A DNA stretch of 64,000 bases, from NCBI GenBank assembly GCA_002269645.1, contig NIVC01000261.1:124001-188000 (forward strand), in the 5' to 3' direction. Every line of letters begins with the position of its first letter. Position 1 is the first letter of the stretch. Below, in pieces: positions 23,091 through 37,500 of this stretch. The notes beneath the pieces were generated by a model. The model did no database searches, was not told the DNA's origin, and saw only the letters and a list, made by a program, of their open reading frames with translations. The DNA comes from Macrostomum lignano. Its lineage: Eukaryota. The translations under genes were made by a program, and so were the position numbers.

Positions 23091-24913
23091 GTTTCCATGG
23101 CAACCGACTTGTCTTAGTACAAATCATCGCGATATTTGACGAGAACTTTTTTTCTAGCTTGGTTTTAAATTTTGCCTCTCTTGATTGCACTGCACAAATT
23201 TGCTCCGCACCCCTCCAAAAATTTCACAGCTGTTTAGTCTGATGCGAAGCGTCTTGATTTCTGATCACGTCTCCATGGCAACGGTCGATTTTGTATCATT
23301 TTTTGTTGGCCAATTTTTTGGTACTCTCTTTTTGTCAAGTTGAGGCCATCCATTTCTGTTCTTAGCCTGCTAATCTGCACTTAATCCAATGCACTTCACT
23401 TTGCGTACCGCGTTTACTTTGTCAAGGCCTGCAATTTGTTTAAAAAAATAACACTTTAATCTCGTAGTATAAGTACTTTTAACCCGCGCGGTTTTAATTT
23501 TTCTTATTATGGTCTGCGTTGATGTACAAAACAATTCAAACTATTAACTAACTACATGATTAGTTTTTCAGTTTCAATTCAATTTAGCGTGTCTGGTTGC
23601 TGACTTGTTTGATTTTACTTTATTACAAGTTTACTATTAAGTTGCGTCCTTAAAGCTTCTACTCTCTGTCTGGTTTCAGGTATATATTTCTCATAACTTG
23701 TGCTCTGAAAAAATCTTAACAAAATTTGAATTTTTATCGACTTGATTCGATTTTGTATCGCAATTATTTTTCCATTTTGCTCTTCAAAATAAACAAGTAC
23801 TGTTTCTCTTGATTACAGTTTACTGACAGTGGCTAACATAAACGCTTTAGACAAAAAACGATGAGCTCTGCATTCAAAAAAGTATTTGAATTTTATTCGC
23901 TATTATTAACTCAAAATCGGCAACGTGTGTAAAGACTTGATGCAGATATTAAATAACAATGTGTTCCAAGAAATGTTAAATTTGAATTTGACGCTCTCGC
24001 TATAGTAATTTTCGTACATACATGTACAACTTTGGCTATTGAGCTTATGAATAAAAAGAAATAAGTGGGGACACAATAATGTACACTATAGAGGGGCGCC
24101 ATGATACATGTACACTAGAGGGCGCCCTAGAGGGGCGCCATACTGAGCAAACTGAGGGGCCGCACCCCTCCCCGTACCCCGGCCCCCAAAACTCCACGGA
24201 AAAAAAGGCCAGGGCCGGGGGCATCAGAAACCCTAAAAACCACAACTCCGAAAAGCGTGTTTTCCATCATAAACCCGAAATATTACAAACCGAAATATCA
24301 TGACTCCGAAAACCAAAATAATAGCAAAAAGACGACTTAAGTAGATGACTATGTACATATGCATGTAAGTCTACTTGTCGTCCTTGAATAGCATATGATG
24401 AACACTGCTAGAACTTTCGGAGTTATGATATTTCGGGTCTATGATTGATAGGAAGTGCTTTCAAAGTTGTGGTTTTTCGGGTATATGATGGCGACTGAAA
24501 AAATATAAAAATGAAACTTTCCTTACGCAACAGAACAAAATGTTGTGTATTCTTAGATTAAAAAATGAAAATTAAATATAAAATTATTAAACTGAGTTTT
24601 AAGTCAAAGAAAGAATATAAACCTGCATTTCACGGCTTTTTTCTAGAACACATTTGTTATACTTGTCTTGTTTCCTTGCATTATCGTGGAAATTTTTAAT
24701 TTTGCGAAAACAAGGTTTTGAATCAGGATTAAAGACATTAAGGCAGGCATCAAGGTATCAAGCATTGGTGATTTAAAATATGCACAAATTCAGTTCCCAC
24801 TTGCCAATATAGTTTTTATGACCTAAACAGCACATTTTGCTATTTTTTTTACTATAGTCAAGCTTTCAGCAAGATAATTTTTATCATTTCGGCGGTTCCT
24901 AAAGATTTTAAAG

Positions 24914-27718
24914 AAATTCCATCGAGTTTGCTTCAAGAAATTCAATTGCTTGTTTAGAAAAACTTATGATATGGAAGCCTACGCATCCGCTTTAATTTTT
25001 TCGAAGCAGAACCGTTTGTTGATCTGTCCACAGACAATAGAAATTTCACCCAGTGATGACACTGATTCTCCCTTTGGAAGCTCTCAGTATGAGCTAGATA
25101 TTGACAGTGCTTTCAAAGAAAAGTGCACTGTCGATGTATTCTGGCTACCAACAGTAAAAGCAAATTTGTCATATGGACTAAAGTGCACATTTCTTAAATT
25201 TATTGAAAGTGTAAGTTATTTTCTATGGCTTTTAAAGGTAGTTTGTTATTTGTCCAGTGACTGGACGAATAGTGATATGGTTATTTGTCCGGTTACTGGA
25301 TCCTGACCATGCTTTCGTATTCATCTAGTTAATACCAGACAAATATACATTTTGTTATTTGTCCAGTTAAATTGATAATGCTAAAATATCTAGTTCATAA
25401 AAACCACAAGGGTAAATATTCCTAGACTTCAAAGACTTCTTACTCGTATCTTGATTATTATATTGTTATACTAGTGTAGTGTGCGTCTTATACACCAAAT
25501 GATGCCAAATTGAATACACTGCTTTGCTTACACTCAAGTAATACAAGAAAATATTAATCAATATATGAGAAAATCTAAAATATTCATCACGAAACAAATA
25601 AGATATTTGTGTTAGCAATTTAACTGGACAAATAGCAAAAAGGCTATTCGTCCGGTCACCGGACAAATAACAACTGCCGCTTTTAAATGGTTTAACTTAA
25701 TGTAACATTATGCCTTTATTGTTAATTTAGATATTTATTGTTATTAGGCATAGGCATAATAAAATAGAGTTTAAAGTTCTTAAGCTAAAAAGCTGTGGAT
25801 ATATAAGGATATTCAGAGGAGTTTCATTTCAAATAGAATACTGATATATATTTAATAGAATCTATAAAAATTCATTTCTTATTAATTGACAGACTATTTT
25901 ATATTTTTAAACCTAACTCTAAGTCTAAGGGCCTAATCTTAATTCTTAACTAACATATTTAGGCTATTTTTCACCCTTGTATTCAAGCCAAAATTCCTAA
26001 ACTCTAAATTTACCCTTAATTGTATCTATTAGTCTAAATCTAGTCAAAATGGCTATTTATCAATTTGTTAAAGTAAATTTGCTAGGACAATAATCAATAT
26101 GGTATTATTATTAAGCCTTAGTTAGTCCCATAGTCAGGAAGGTTGCCTTTGCCATAGAAAATTCTGGCATACATAAAGGGTCCTTGGTGCACTTGGCGCA
26201 CAATCATGGTGCACACTAAGGTCCCTAGCGCATGTGGCACACAATTATGATGCACACTAAGGTCCCTAGTGCATGTGGCACATAAGGTCCCTGACATATG
26301 CGGTGCTGTACACAACTTTGGTGCATAAGGAATCAGAATAGAATCATTATTAGCATAAAACTGGCGTAACATATTGAAACTGCATGAATTTTGTAAATTT
26401 GTCATAAAATATGTAAAATAAGGGCATAGACATAGCGCACAGATGGCACATAGACGGCGCATAGATGGCGCATAGATGGTCCTAAAAAATTTATTCCGGC
26501 GCACATTGTGCCACCTTCCTGACTATGGAGTTAGTCTAGACTCTGTATGGTATACATGTATGCCAGAGTACAGAAGGAGAGACCTAGATCACACCATTGG
26601 CGTACAACTTGGTGTTCAAAAGGGCCTAGCATGCCTTTTTGGTATACAGCTTAGGGCTTGGCATATAGAGACTGACAAGACCAGCAGGTTGGACCAAAAG
26701 TTCCAAGTCCCAACAATCAATCTACATAATTGGCTTACAAAAATAATTAAGTTTGCATTTGGCATAGTCTCCATGTACATAGTTACAATAGCTAAATTTG
26801 GATCAGAAAGAATAGCCAACCCTTTACGAAAAAAATGGAAAACAAAATTAAAAAAACTGGGTTTTACTTTTCCAAGAAATAAAAAGTAAAACAAGAATAG
26901 TTGATATGAACTAGTTCTCTACAATTTAGTAAAAAGTATTTCAGTTTTAACATATCAGTTTTTTGAATATTAAAATTTTGCAAGGTTTTAATATTGGTTG
27001 TAATTTTTAATTTTTATTTTGGCATTTTTTGTATGCAATAAAAAGTTTGCTGGCATATATTGGCGTGTATGAGCTACGGAAGCAATTTTTGTTCCAGTGT
27101 ACAGCAGTACACGATCTTTATCCTGGTAATTAGTCAATTTGTAGGTAGTTAATATTGTCTCCTTTATTTAAGTATATTAACTATTATAATAGAATAATTT
27201 TATAAATTAAGATTGTTTATTTTATGATTTAAATATTTTATAATGCATGTTTTTTGAAATTTAATTTCCATTTTCATTTCACATTCATATTGGCATTATA
27301 GACTAAAGCTATTCCTAATTATTGTTAATAATTTGAGTTATAATTATGAATTATTGTAGCAATTTTGATATGCTTATTAAAAAGATTTATATTTTAATTT
27401 GTAGTCTAAAATTGTTTTATTTAAAACAACACATTTTTATTAGGCCTAGTCTATTTGGAAAATTAAAGGCCTGTTACTATATTACTTTATTAACTATTAG
27501 TTTATTTATTGTAGTTTGTGTATATTTATTTACTTAAGTTCATGTCAAAATTTATAATAATTCTTATACTTAAACTATTGAAATTTTCTTATTTGTAGAA
27601 AAGCATCAACTCAGTGGAAATTAAAGGTGTCTGTTATAACAGCTTTCGATGCCTACCAATGGGCACTTCATATATTTATACTATTTTCTACATTGATGAT
27701 GTAGATGAAGACAACTTT
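24914..27718 (+). CDS. Candidate coding exons of unknown product (24914-25210 and 27599-27718)
   Basis: Both are stop-free multiples of 3 (297 and 120 bp) with AG acceptors and gtaagt donors, and join in phase 0 (...KFIES|KSINSV...). No recognised domain; may be 5' exons of the phosphatase or a separate gene. Confidence 0.4.
25237..25678. mobile_element. MITE (non-autonomous DNA transposon), about 34-bp TIRs, 9-bp TSD (Mutator- or Merlin-like)
   Basis: Left end ggtagtttgttatttgtccagtgactggacgaatag vs reverse complement of right end ggcagttgttatttgtccggtgaccggacgaatag. TSD GCTTTTAAA at 25228-25236 and 25679-25687. Confidence 0.85.
26128..26528. mobile_element. MITE with perfect 16-bp TIR CCATAGTCAGGAAGGT and 8-bp TSD
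   Basis: TIRs at 26128-26143 and 26513-26528; TSD AGTTAGTC at 26120-26127 and 26529-26536. Superfamily unresolved (8-bp TSDs occur in hAT, P and Merlin). Confidence 0.88.
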
Positions 27719-27854
27719 GTAAGTTTTATTTTTCTTTTAACTATATTCAAACTCTAAGTATTCTTGAATATTTTAAATTCAGATTTCCAACAATTTTTGT
27801 TGGAAGTCTTTTGAATTCCTTGGGAATCTGTTTGATGGTCTCTTGTCAATAAGA

Positions 27855-28215
27855 ATCTCACCCTTTGAGAATCCCACCTTTTAGGAATCACCCTTTAATA
27901 ATCTCACCTTTTATTAATCTCACTCTGTAGTAATCTTACCCTGTAATAATCTCACCCTTTTAGGATCTTACTCTTAAGAATCTCAGCCTTAAGAATCTTA
28001 CCCTGAAAGAATCTCACTTTTTGAGAATTTCACCCTTTTTAATTCCACCCTTTAATAATCTCATTCTTTAAGAATCTCACCCTTTGAGAATCCCACCCTT
28101 TGAGAATCTTGCCCTTTAAAAATCTGACCCTTTAGGAATCTCACTCTAAGAATCTCACCTTTTAAGAATAAGAACCTCGTCCTTAACAATCTCACCCTTT
28201 AAGAACCTCCTTAAT
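27855..28215 (+). repeat. Degenerate about 20-bp minisatellite (agaatctcacccttt)
   Basis: Tandem array read directly. Confidence 0.85.
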
Positions 28216-28269
28216 AGTCCTTGAAAATCTCTGGGATTCAACTAAATAATCTTTATCTTAGAGTCCCAG

Positions 28270-31056
28270 ATTTGAAATTCTTATGGCAGACATTTGAAGA
28301 AGCCCAGTGGCTGTCCAGTGAAGTGCTTAGCCGGCAGGCCAGTTTAGGGGCGGCATCTGCTAGCAGCACCTGCCTACCATCGCTGTTCCTGCTGGGCCAC
28401 GAACTTTTGGATCTGCTGGCTTCAGTCGCCAGCAGCAACGATGTGGACCAACTCACAGAAGTCACTGGGCAAACCTATGTTCCAATGCTACCCGATTGCG
28501 CGTTTGTTGAGACTCAGTTCGAGTTGTGCATAACGTCAGCTGGTTCGTCTGATGGCGGCGGCGCTGCGCCGCTGTCGCCTACACAGCAACTGGTTAAGGC
28601 TGCCGGATTTGGCGACTTGGGTAAGGTGCACTGCGGATATAAAGTGTACGTGCCTTGACAGTAAGAAAGTCTGGGGTCCGCTGTACACCCAAGGGCTACT
28701 CAAGTGGGAGGACGGGAAACCTCGTTTCTTGGAAAGTTTTAGGTTTTAAGAATCAAGATTTTTAATGTTAATTTTATATCCTTATTTTATGAATCTCCTT
28801 GATGATTCTTAGCTGATTGTGTGACAATGATTTTTTTAGACACACGACATGCATGTTGGATATAAAATTAACATGGAGACTTATTTTCTTTTAAAAAAAA
28901 GCCCTTTGAATATCCATAAGACCTATGAGAAAGGCAAGACATATCAAAAGATAAACACATAGTTTCCCGCCTTATTTGAGTACATACATGCGCAACCTCC
29001 AAAATTCGGTCGGCCGTGCGACTTAGTTTTAACAAAAAATGTGAAGTATTTTTTGGCCAAAAATGCGACTTACCTGTAAAGGAAACTAAAGCAAACTTAA
29101 CGCAATTTTGGGTAAACGGCAGGAGTAACTATTACTGTCCTATTTAAGAATAAATGCCTCGTCATCTAATTAGTACTACGTCGTATTCCTACTAGTGGGG
29201 CATTTTTGTGACTTACCTTGGTTGGCCGCCAAATCGGTCAGTCGACTCGGCCGACTGTTGCGCATGTATATTTGAGTAGTCCTTGTCTGTGTGCACCCTG
29301 TGTGAGCGTGTGCATCAGTGCTGTGTCTGCGTGCAGTATTGAGAGTCGGGAGTCAGCAGGAAAAGCAGAAGTGCTTAATAGTTTACTGGAGGGTTGTTAG
29401 GCCATCTTTAAATGCCCCACTTACAAACTGGCGTCAAAAAATTTGCAGAACAAAAGTTCCTATTCAACCAGTTCATGAAAGCCTGCGCCCCGTCTGCGTC
29501 AATGTGCTTCCCAGTGTTTGCGCAATACTTTGCCGCCAGAGGATTCTCTTACGAACGAGCTAAGCATCTGTTTCGGTGAGTTTATTTTTTTACCGTCTAA
29601 AATTAGCTGGACTTTTTTATTCTCACTCGTATATAAAAGATACATTAAAATGTTTTACTAAACTACTTGTAGTAGCAAAATTATGGCGTAGATTTGTCGA
29701 AATTCGCTAAACAATTAAAAATACGCTAGAATATTTGAAAATAAAATTTATAGGATTTTCTAATATGTTTGGGCGCTTATCCAGTTATTTCTAATTAATA
29801 TTTTTTAATTGGTACCTGATGTGATCAAACTGTTTTTGAATTTTCAATAAGTAAATACTATGCATTGCGTTAGGCCAGCTATTATATAACAATAGTTTCT
29901 GGACCAGCCTCCCAGATCCTCAGTTGCTGGGCCACCAGCCTCCCAGATCCTCAGTTGCTGGGCTAGCCTCCCAGATCCTCAGTTGCTGGTCCAGCCTCCC
30001 AGATCCCCAGTTGCTGGACAAACTGTGTAAACTTATTTACCCAACATATCGGCAGATTTACACGATCATAAAACCCTGCCGCTAAACCCCCAACACCAAA
30101 ACAGCGCCTTCGATTCGCACCGGCGCGGATTCCTGCAGTTTCGCGACTTTCTTGTCGGTCACGCCGCTATGGAGCCGTCGACACCCCACGGTAGCACTCC
30201 GGCGGAGCTGCGCTGCCGGTACATATTCCGCTACTACGACGAAGACTGCGACGGTTGCTTGTCGTTTCGAGAGTTCAGGTTGGTGACCCTTGATTGGCTA
30301 GGCGTACATGTACACCTACCCGTCTTTATAATGGAATCTGAGACAAAGTCGAAAATTTTCCTATAGTCGCCACTCTGAAAGTTTTTTAGATTCGCCTCTA
30401 AGACGTCTCCGAGACCCTTTGAGAATCAACCCTGAGAACTCTTGAGAATCGAACCTGAGAACCCTTGAGAATCAGCCCTGTGACGCCTTGAGAATAGTCC
30501 TGAGACCCCTTGAGAATCAACCCTGAGACCCCTTGAGAATCAACCCTGAGAACCCTTAAGAATCAACCCTGAGAACCCTTGAGAATCAACCCTGAGAACC
30601 CTTAAGAATCAACCCTGAGAACCCTTGAGAATCAGCCCTGTGACGCCTTGAGAATCAACCCTGAGAACCCTTGAGAATCAACCCTGAGAACCCTTGAGAA
30701 TCAACCCTGATAACCCTTGAGAATCAACCCTGAGAACCCTTGAGAATCAGCCCTGTGACGCCTTGAGAATCAACCCTGAGAACCCTTGAGAATCTTCTCC
30801 GAGACCCCTTGAGAATCAACCCTGAGAACCCTTGAGAATCTTCTCCGAGACCCCTTGAGAATCAACCCTGAGACCCCTTGAGAATCTGCCCTGGAACTTT
30901 ATGAGAAGTTTTTATTTGTCAATATTCGCCAGAAATATCATTCGTGACATTCGATTGGCCAAGAAGCTCAGCGCTACCGACGATGAGGTGACCTTTGATG
31001 CTACAGAACAGGCAAAGTGAGTTTTTAACATGTTCACTATAATAATTATCTCTGTC

Positions 31057-31119
<63 letters not shown>

Positions 31120-31134
31120 GGCTATCTGTTAGCC

Positions 31135-31231
<97 letters not shown>

Positions 31232-31246
31232 GGCTATCTGTTAGCC

Positions 31247-31307
<61 letters not shown>

Positions 31308-31326
31308 GGCTATCTGTTAGCCTGTA

Positions 31327-31391
<65 letters not shown>

Positions 31392-31406
31392 GGCTATCTG
31401 TTAGCC

Positions 31407-31479
<73 letters not shown>

Positions 31480-31534
31480 GGCTATCTGTTAGCCTGTCTG
31501 TCTGTCTGTCTGTCTGTCTGGCTATCTGTTAGCC

Positions 31535-31587
<53 letters not shown>

Positions 31588-34500
31588 GGCTACTGTCGGA
31601 TCAAATAATCATTTAAGCGCTGTTCCTGAACACATTTATCTGTCAGGAAAGCCAGGAAAATTTTTAGGGCTTCGGTTTTTTTCAAAAAATACTGCTGCAC
31701 CTTTGAATTAAGTGGGCTTCTTCTACACTTGAAGAAAAAAATTCTGAAATTTTCACATTTTTATTTCTTTTTTTAATATCTTACGGGAATTATTGAAGTT
31801 TCTGTGTGAAGCCGAAACTTTGTCGGCTTCCTTTGATGGATCTGAGCTAGGAGGGGTCGCAGTATGTGTGGCTTGTGTGACTCGCAAGGCCATTGATACA
31901 TACGGAATTCAAATTCACTGTGTGCTAGATCTAAGTGCAAATAGTTGCAATGCTCATGGCGTGTGTGCAGGAAAGGACGGCAGCTACCTCTGAAAGGTCA
32001 GCGACTCAGACATTTGCATGCTAGCATGTCGCATTTTAAATTTTTTTGCAGAGTGTTCAGCCAGGAGAAGAAAGAGCTGCTGCCGCTAAACGACTTTCTG
32101 TCCGCTGTTGGTCAATTGAAGTTTCGGGGCACCTCTAATCTGTTTCGTCTGGCCTCTTCTGCGCTGACTCCGCTGAAGACTAACGGGTGAGTCAGGGGCC
32201 TCCCAGATCCTCAGCTGCTGGGCCAGCCTCCCAGATCCTTAGCTGCTGGGCCAGCCTCCGAGATCCTCAGCTGCTATGCCAGCCTCCCAGATCCTCAGTT
32301 GCTGGACAACCAGAATCCCAGATCCTCAGTTGCTGGACAACCAGAATCCCAGATCCTCAGTTGCTGGACAACCAGAATCCCAGATCCTCAGTTGCTGGAC
32401 AACCAGAATCCCAGATCCTCAGTTGCTGGACAACCAGAATCCCAGATCCTCAGTTGCTGGACAACCAGAATCCCAGATCCTCAGTTGCTGGACAACCAGA
32501 ATCCCAGATCCTCAGTTGCTGGACAACCAGAATCCCAGATCCTCAGTTGCGAACAACCAGAATCCCACATCCTCAGTTGCGAACAACCAGAATCCCACAT
32601 CCTCAGCTGCTAGGCAACAAGATCTTCAGTAAAATTATCTAAAATTCTCCCGTGAATATTCCAGAGGCGGCAGCGACCACCCGCCGCCGAAACGAACCAA
32701 ACCCAGCCAAGCCCGCAGCCCTGGCAGCACTAGCGAAGGTAAAAAATGAATAACCTGTCTTACCTGCACTCGAAAAAAGTTCGAAGAAGCCGCAAACCTT
32801 ACCCAACTCTCAGATTAACAAAATTAGTTATCTTTGACGACAAGAGAACATGCAAAAAGATTCCTCACAAGCAAAATAGCGTATTTTTTAGCTTATAATA
32901 ATTATTTTAATTGCCGTCAGAGTCGCTGCTGTTTGTCCAGTCAAAATGAACTCGTTTAGCCCCAGACTGTTCACGCATCGACTGCGTGATTTGTCAAACG
33001 ACCTTTGCCTGAACTCGTCAATCTCTGGCAGCTAGGAGTCGTATTGAGTATAGATAATGTATTCCATTTTTTTCTAGTAGTTTCATCCTCGACGAGGGTC
33101 TCTTAGTCCATGAGCAGTGAACCAAAAACGGGGACTTCTTTGTAAACTCAGAGAGTATTTTCTCTTTTACCTACACTAATAGTTTTTATCGTTTCATATC
33201 ACCTACTGCCTTGTATTGTTGCCAAGCCCTTTGTTTCGTGTTGTAAATTGCTGATGTGTGCTTTCTCTGCTGATGTCGTGCTATTTTACTGCCTAATAAT
33301 GCATCGCAGTTCTCCCTACGAATGCATTATTTAATTGCACAATCGGAAAGATTTATTCCAGATACATGCATAGAAAGATTTCTCATTTTTATAGGGAGAA
33401 TTATCCCATCTAAAGGGAGAATTATCCCATCTATAGGGAGAATTATCCCATCTATAGGGAGAATTATCCCAACTATAGGAAGATTTATCCCATCTATAGG
33501 GAGAATTATCCCAACTATAGGGAGAATTATCCCATCTATAGGGAGAATTATCCCAACTATAGGGAGATTTATCCCATCTATAGGGAGAATTATCTCATCA
33601 GTAGGAAGATTTATCCTATTTATAGGGATATTTATCCCATCTATGAGAAGATTTGTCTTTTCTATAAGGAGATTTATCCCATCTATAGGGAGTTGCATCC
33701 CATCTATAGGGAGTTGCATCCCATCTATAGGGAGTTGCATCCCATCTATAGGGAGATTTATCTTTTCTTCAGGGAGATTTATCTTTTCTACAGGGAGATT
33801 TATCTTTTCTACAGGGAGATTTATCTTTTCTACAGGGAGATTTATCTTTTCTACAGGGAGATTTGTCTTTTCTATAGGAAGATCTATTCCATCTATAGTT
33901 AAATGGGGGAGACTCATAGAACAAGTCACAATTCCCTAGTTATGAATCTCAGTTCCCCTTCAAATGTCCAATTTTCAATTTCCCCTATTTCTAGAGTCGG
34001 ACAGCAGCGTGTTCTCCCTGCCGGGCCGTCCTGCACCTCGTCTGGACACCACCGGTGGTCGACGTTCCCCGACTTCTCCGTCTTCGGCTTTTGGTGTCGG
34101 TGGCAGCGGCGGTGGAGGCTCCGGCGGTGGCGCTGGCAGTGGCGTTGGTGGAGGCGACCCAAGCAGCGGCAGCACGCCATCAAGTCCCAACACGGCGTTC
34201 GAATTGGCCACTCACACCGTAAAGGTCCGGCGAAGTGGCTCCCTGTCCGAGGTCAGTCTGCTCTGGGATGTCGATTCGTCCGCGTTTTCGGAGAGCGCCC
34301 AAAAGGACATACTGAGCCACGGGCTGAGACGCGTGGATCGACTGTTGTCGCTTGATACCACATTCAATCTGAGGTATGTAGATGTTTTGACGGCGAGGGG
34401 TGGGGGTTTTATCTGAAGGAGTGCGGTGGGTTTTTTATTTGACAGAGTGGGGTGGGTTTGTTTAGCTGAAGGAGTGGGGTGGGTGATTTTATCTGAAGGA

Positions 34501-37500
34501 GTGGGTGAGGGTTTTTATCTGGTGGAGTGGGGTGAGTGTTTTTATCTGGTGGAGTTGGGTGGGTGGTTTTATCTGAAAGAGTGGGGTGAGTGTTTTTATC
34601 TGGTGGAGTGGGGTGAGTGTTTTTATCTGGTGGAGTTGGGTGGGTGGTTTTATCTGAAAGAGTGGGGTGAGTGTTTTTATCTGGTGGAGTGGGGTGAGTG
34701 TTTTTATCTGGTGGAGTGGGGTGGGTGGTATTATCTGACGGAGTGGTGGGTATTTTTATTTGACAGAGGGGGGTGGGTTTTTATTTCGCGGAGTGGTTGA
34801 TTGTTTTATCTGACGTAGTGGGGTGGGGTGGGTGTTTTATCTGGCGGATGGGGTGGGTGGTTTTATCTAAAGGAGTGAAGTGCATGTTTTTATTTAGCAG
34901 ACTGGAGTTGGGTGTCTGAGAAATGTTATGAAGCGTTATCGTGGAAGGCGAAAATATTTTGGCACTCATTTTTCCGAAAAAAATAATATTCTGCTTGTGT
35001 CACTCCACATGTTCTCTAGCTTTTATAATCGCTCTTTCACCTTGTTTCTTATCATTTTTTTCATAGAAATTGCAATTTCGCTTGGCTCTAGACATGGTTA
35101 TTGTCAAATAATTCAAGATCCATATATCATTTGGGATTAAAACTGAATCCCGTCGAGCTGAGAGCCTCTTTCAGATTCCTAAATTGGTTTGGTTTAAACT
35201 GGGATTAGTAATAATTAAAAAGGACTGCCTAAAGTCTTAGCGGCCGACTGCTATTTTTAACTCAGAATCGCCCCTTAAACCCTTCTAGAATCGCCCATTA
35301 TCTATTTTAGAAGATAAAGAAGAACGAGAACCTTAAATATATTGTTATTAAATATTTTTAGTATTTAGCAGACGACGAAAAACAAGTACAAGCACAGTAA
35401 CGACAAAGTGCATGGATAAATAATATAACAATGAGTAATGACTGATTACACCTGCCCCAATTAGGCCAAATGCGCAACCGACAGCTCAGCCACAGCTATT
35501 GCTCGGCGCATCTGAAGGCTGCGTACGGCTGTTCAGTCCAAGGACTGGGGGGGGGGGGGGGGCTGCCACACACCCTCAATTACCCCAGCTAATGCTGGCA
35601 CGGGTGGACTGAAGCAGTGCAGAGTTGAATGTCTTCTTGCTCAAGGAAACAAATTGTTCCGAGTGGATTGAGAATCGAACTCCTGACCTTTCAGTCGTGA
35701 GTCCTACGCTCTAACCACTAGACTACAACCCCCAGGACAAAGTACATAAACAAAGTACATGGACAAAGTACATGGACAAAGTACATGGACAAAGTACATG
35801 GACAAAGTACATAGACAAAGTGCATGGACAAAGTACATGGACTAAGTACATAAACAAAGTGCATGGAAAAAGTACATATACAAAGTACATAGACAAAGTG
35901 CATTGACTAAGTGCATAGACAGTGCATGGACAAAGTACATATACAGAGTACATGGACAAAGTACATATACAAAGTACATAGACAAGTGCATAGACAGAGT
36001 GCATGGAAAAAGTGCTTGGACAGAGTACTCGTAAATTGTAACCATATTAAGTTTTTATTTTCCACTAATAAAATGGTATTACGTGTAGTTAAGTTAGCGA
36101 GTCAGTTCAATTATCGTTACAAACGTCATGCACAATCGACACAGAACATTGGCCGTCTAAGTTTAATGGCAATAATTGTATAGCATCTCGAGCCTCCTCG
36201 TTGTCAGCCAGTCGGACGTCTTCGTCATCGTCATAGTTTATATCAACGATATGATTGGCGTCGCTTCTTTGTTGTTGCCGTTCCTCCGTTGTCATTAATA
36301 TTAAACTTCTAGCGGAGTTATTGTTGTTGTTAAGACTTGGACAGCAGAGTAAAGAATATCGATCTTGCAGCTGTTGCTGCTGCTGCTGCTGCTGCTGCTC
36401 TCTTCTGTGCAGCAGCCGATTAGCGCTGCTTGGACTGCTTCTTCTGCTTTTTCTGCTGGTTCCCCGTCGATCCTGTCTGTTATTATTGCACAGTTGGATT
36501 CTTTCTAAACTGCGCTTAAATCCGGGATTGCTTAACGCGTACACAAAGAAATTGCAGGAACCGTCAAGGCTGCTCAGAGAATTACTAATCAGTGTTAGAG
36601 TAATGTACACCTGCGGTGACAATGACGACAGGGTGACAAAGCCCCACACTAACTGAGGCAGTTGACAGGCAATGTACAGATTAGTTAGCATGAGTACAGT
36701 TCGAGAGGCTTGCTGATTTCTTCGCTCGGTCCGTCTCTGCTGATCTGCTCCGGTTTCATTGCCAGCGAAGCAGCTAGCGGCTTTGAGTTCCCGTCCGGAT
36801 CGGATGACTCCAGCAATGGTGACAGCGTTGCACACCATTGTCAGGATGAGCGGTCCGCCAACTTGTAGACCAAAATTGGCTATAGCTGTGTAAACCGGTA
36901 TGAGCCTTGTTGCTACTATCCTAGCGAAATAACCGGTAGTTTTGTCGCAGTCGTGGCCTAGCAGAGTTGTCACCTCTAAGAACCGAGGCAGACCGAGTGC
37001 CAGACTGAGCAGCCAGATGCACACGGTAAGCGGAATAAGTCGTTGGCGTAGCTGAAGTGCTCGACTCCTGGTGTGTTTGTAAGAGTTGGCTTTGAGATAA
37101 AGTTCCAACGTTAAAAACGTTACCTTGACTAAAGATCGCTAGTCATTGCAAACGACTCTCTAGTGACTCTAGCGACTCTTAGGCGATTCTTGTGACTTTT
37201 TAACAACTCAAATGCGTCTAATGCGACGAAGAGGCGACTGTTGCGTCACAAGCGCGTCACGTCAGTTTCAGAATCGTAAAAAAAGAGTCGCGAAAGAGAT
37301 GTGACTCTAATTCATCAAGCGACGCAAATGCGTCTCAAACGCAACTCATTGACTCCATAGCGACTCCAGCACGCCTCAAATACGACTCTTCGGCCCCGGA
37401 GTCGTTATACCGTTGCCCCAGAGTCGTTTCTGAGTCGCAGGTAATAAAACGCTTGAAAGTGATTCTTTAGCGACTCTTTGACGACTTTATGGCGGCTTGT

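Noticed and set aside
33322-33939. 200-aa ORFs on both strands (IGRIIPS / PIDGIIL repeats)
   Set aside because: Product of a 21-bp intronic minisatellite between two phosphatase exons.
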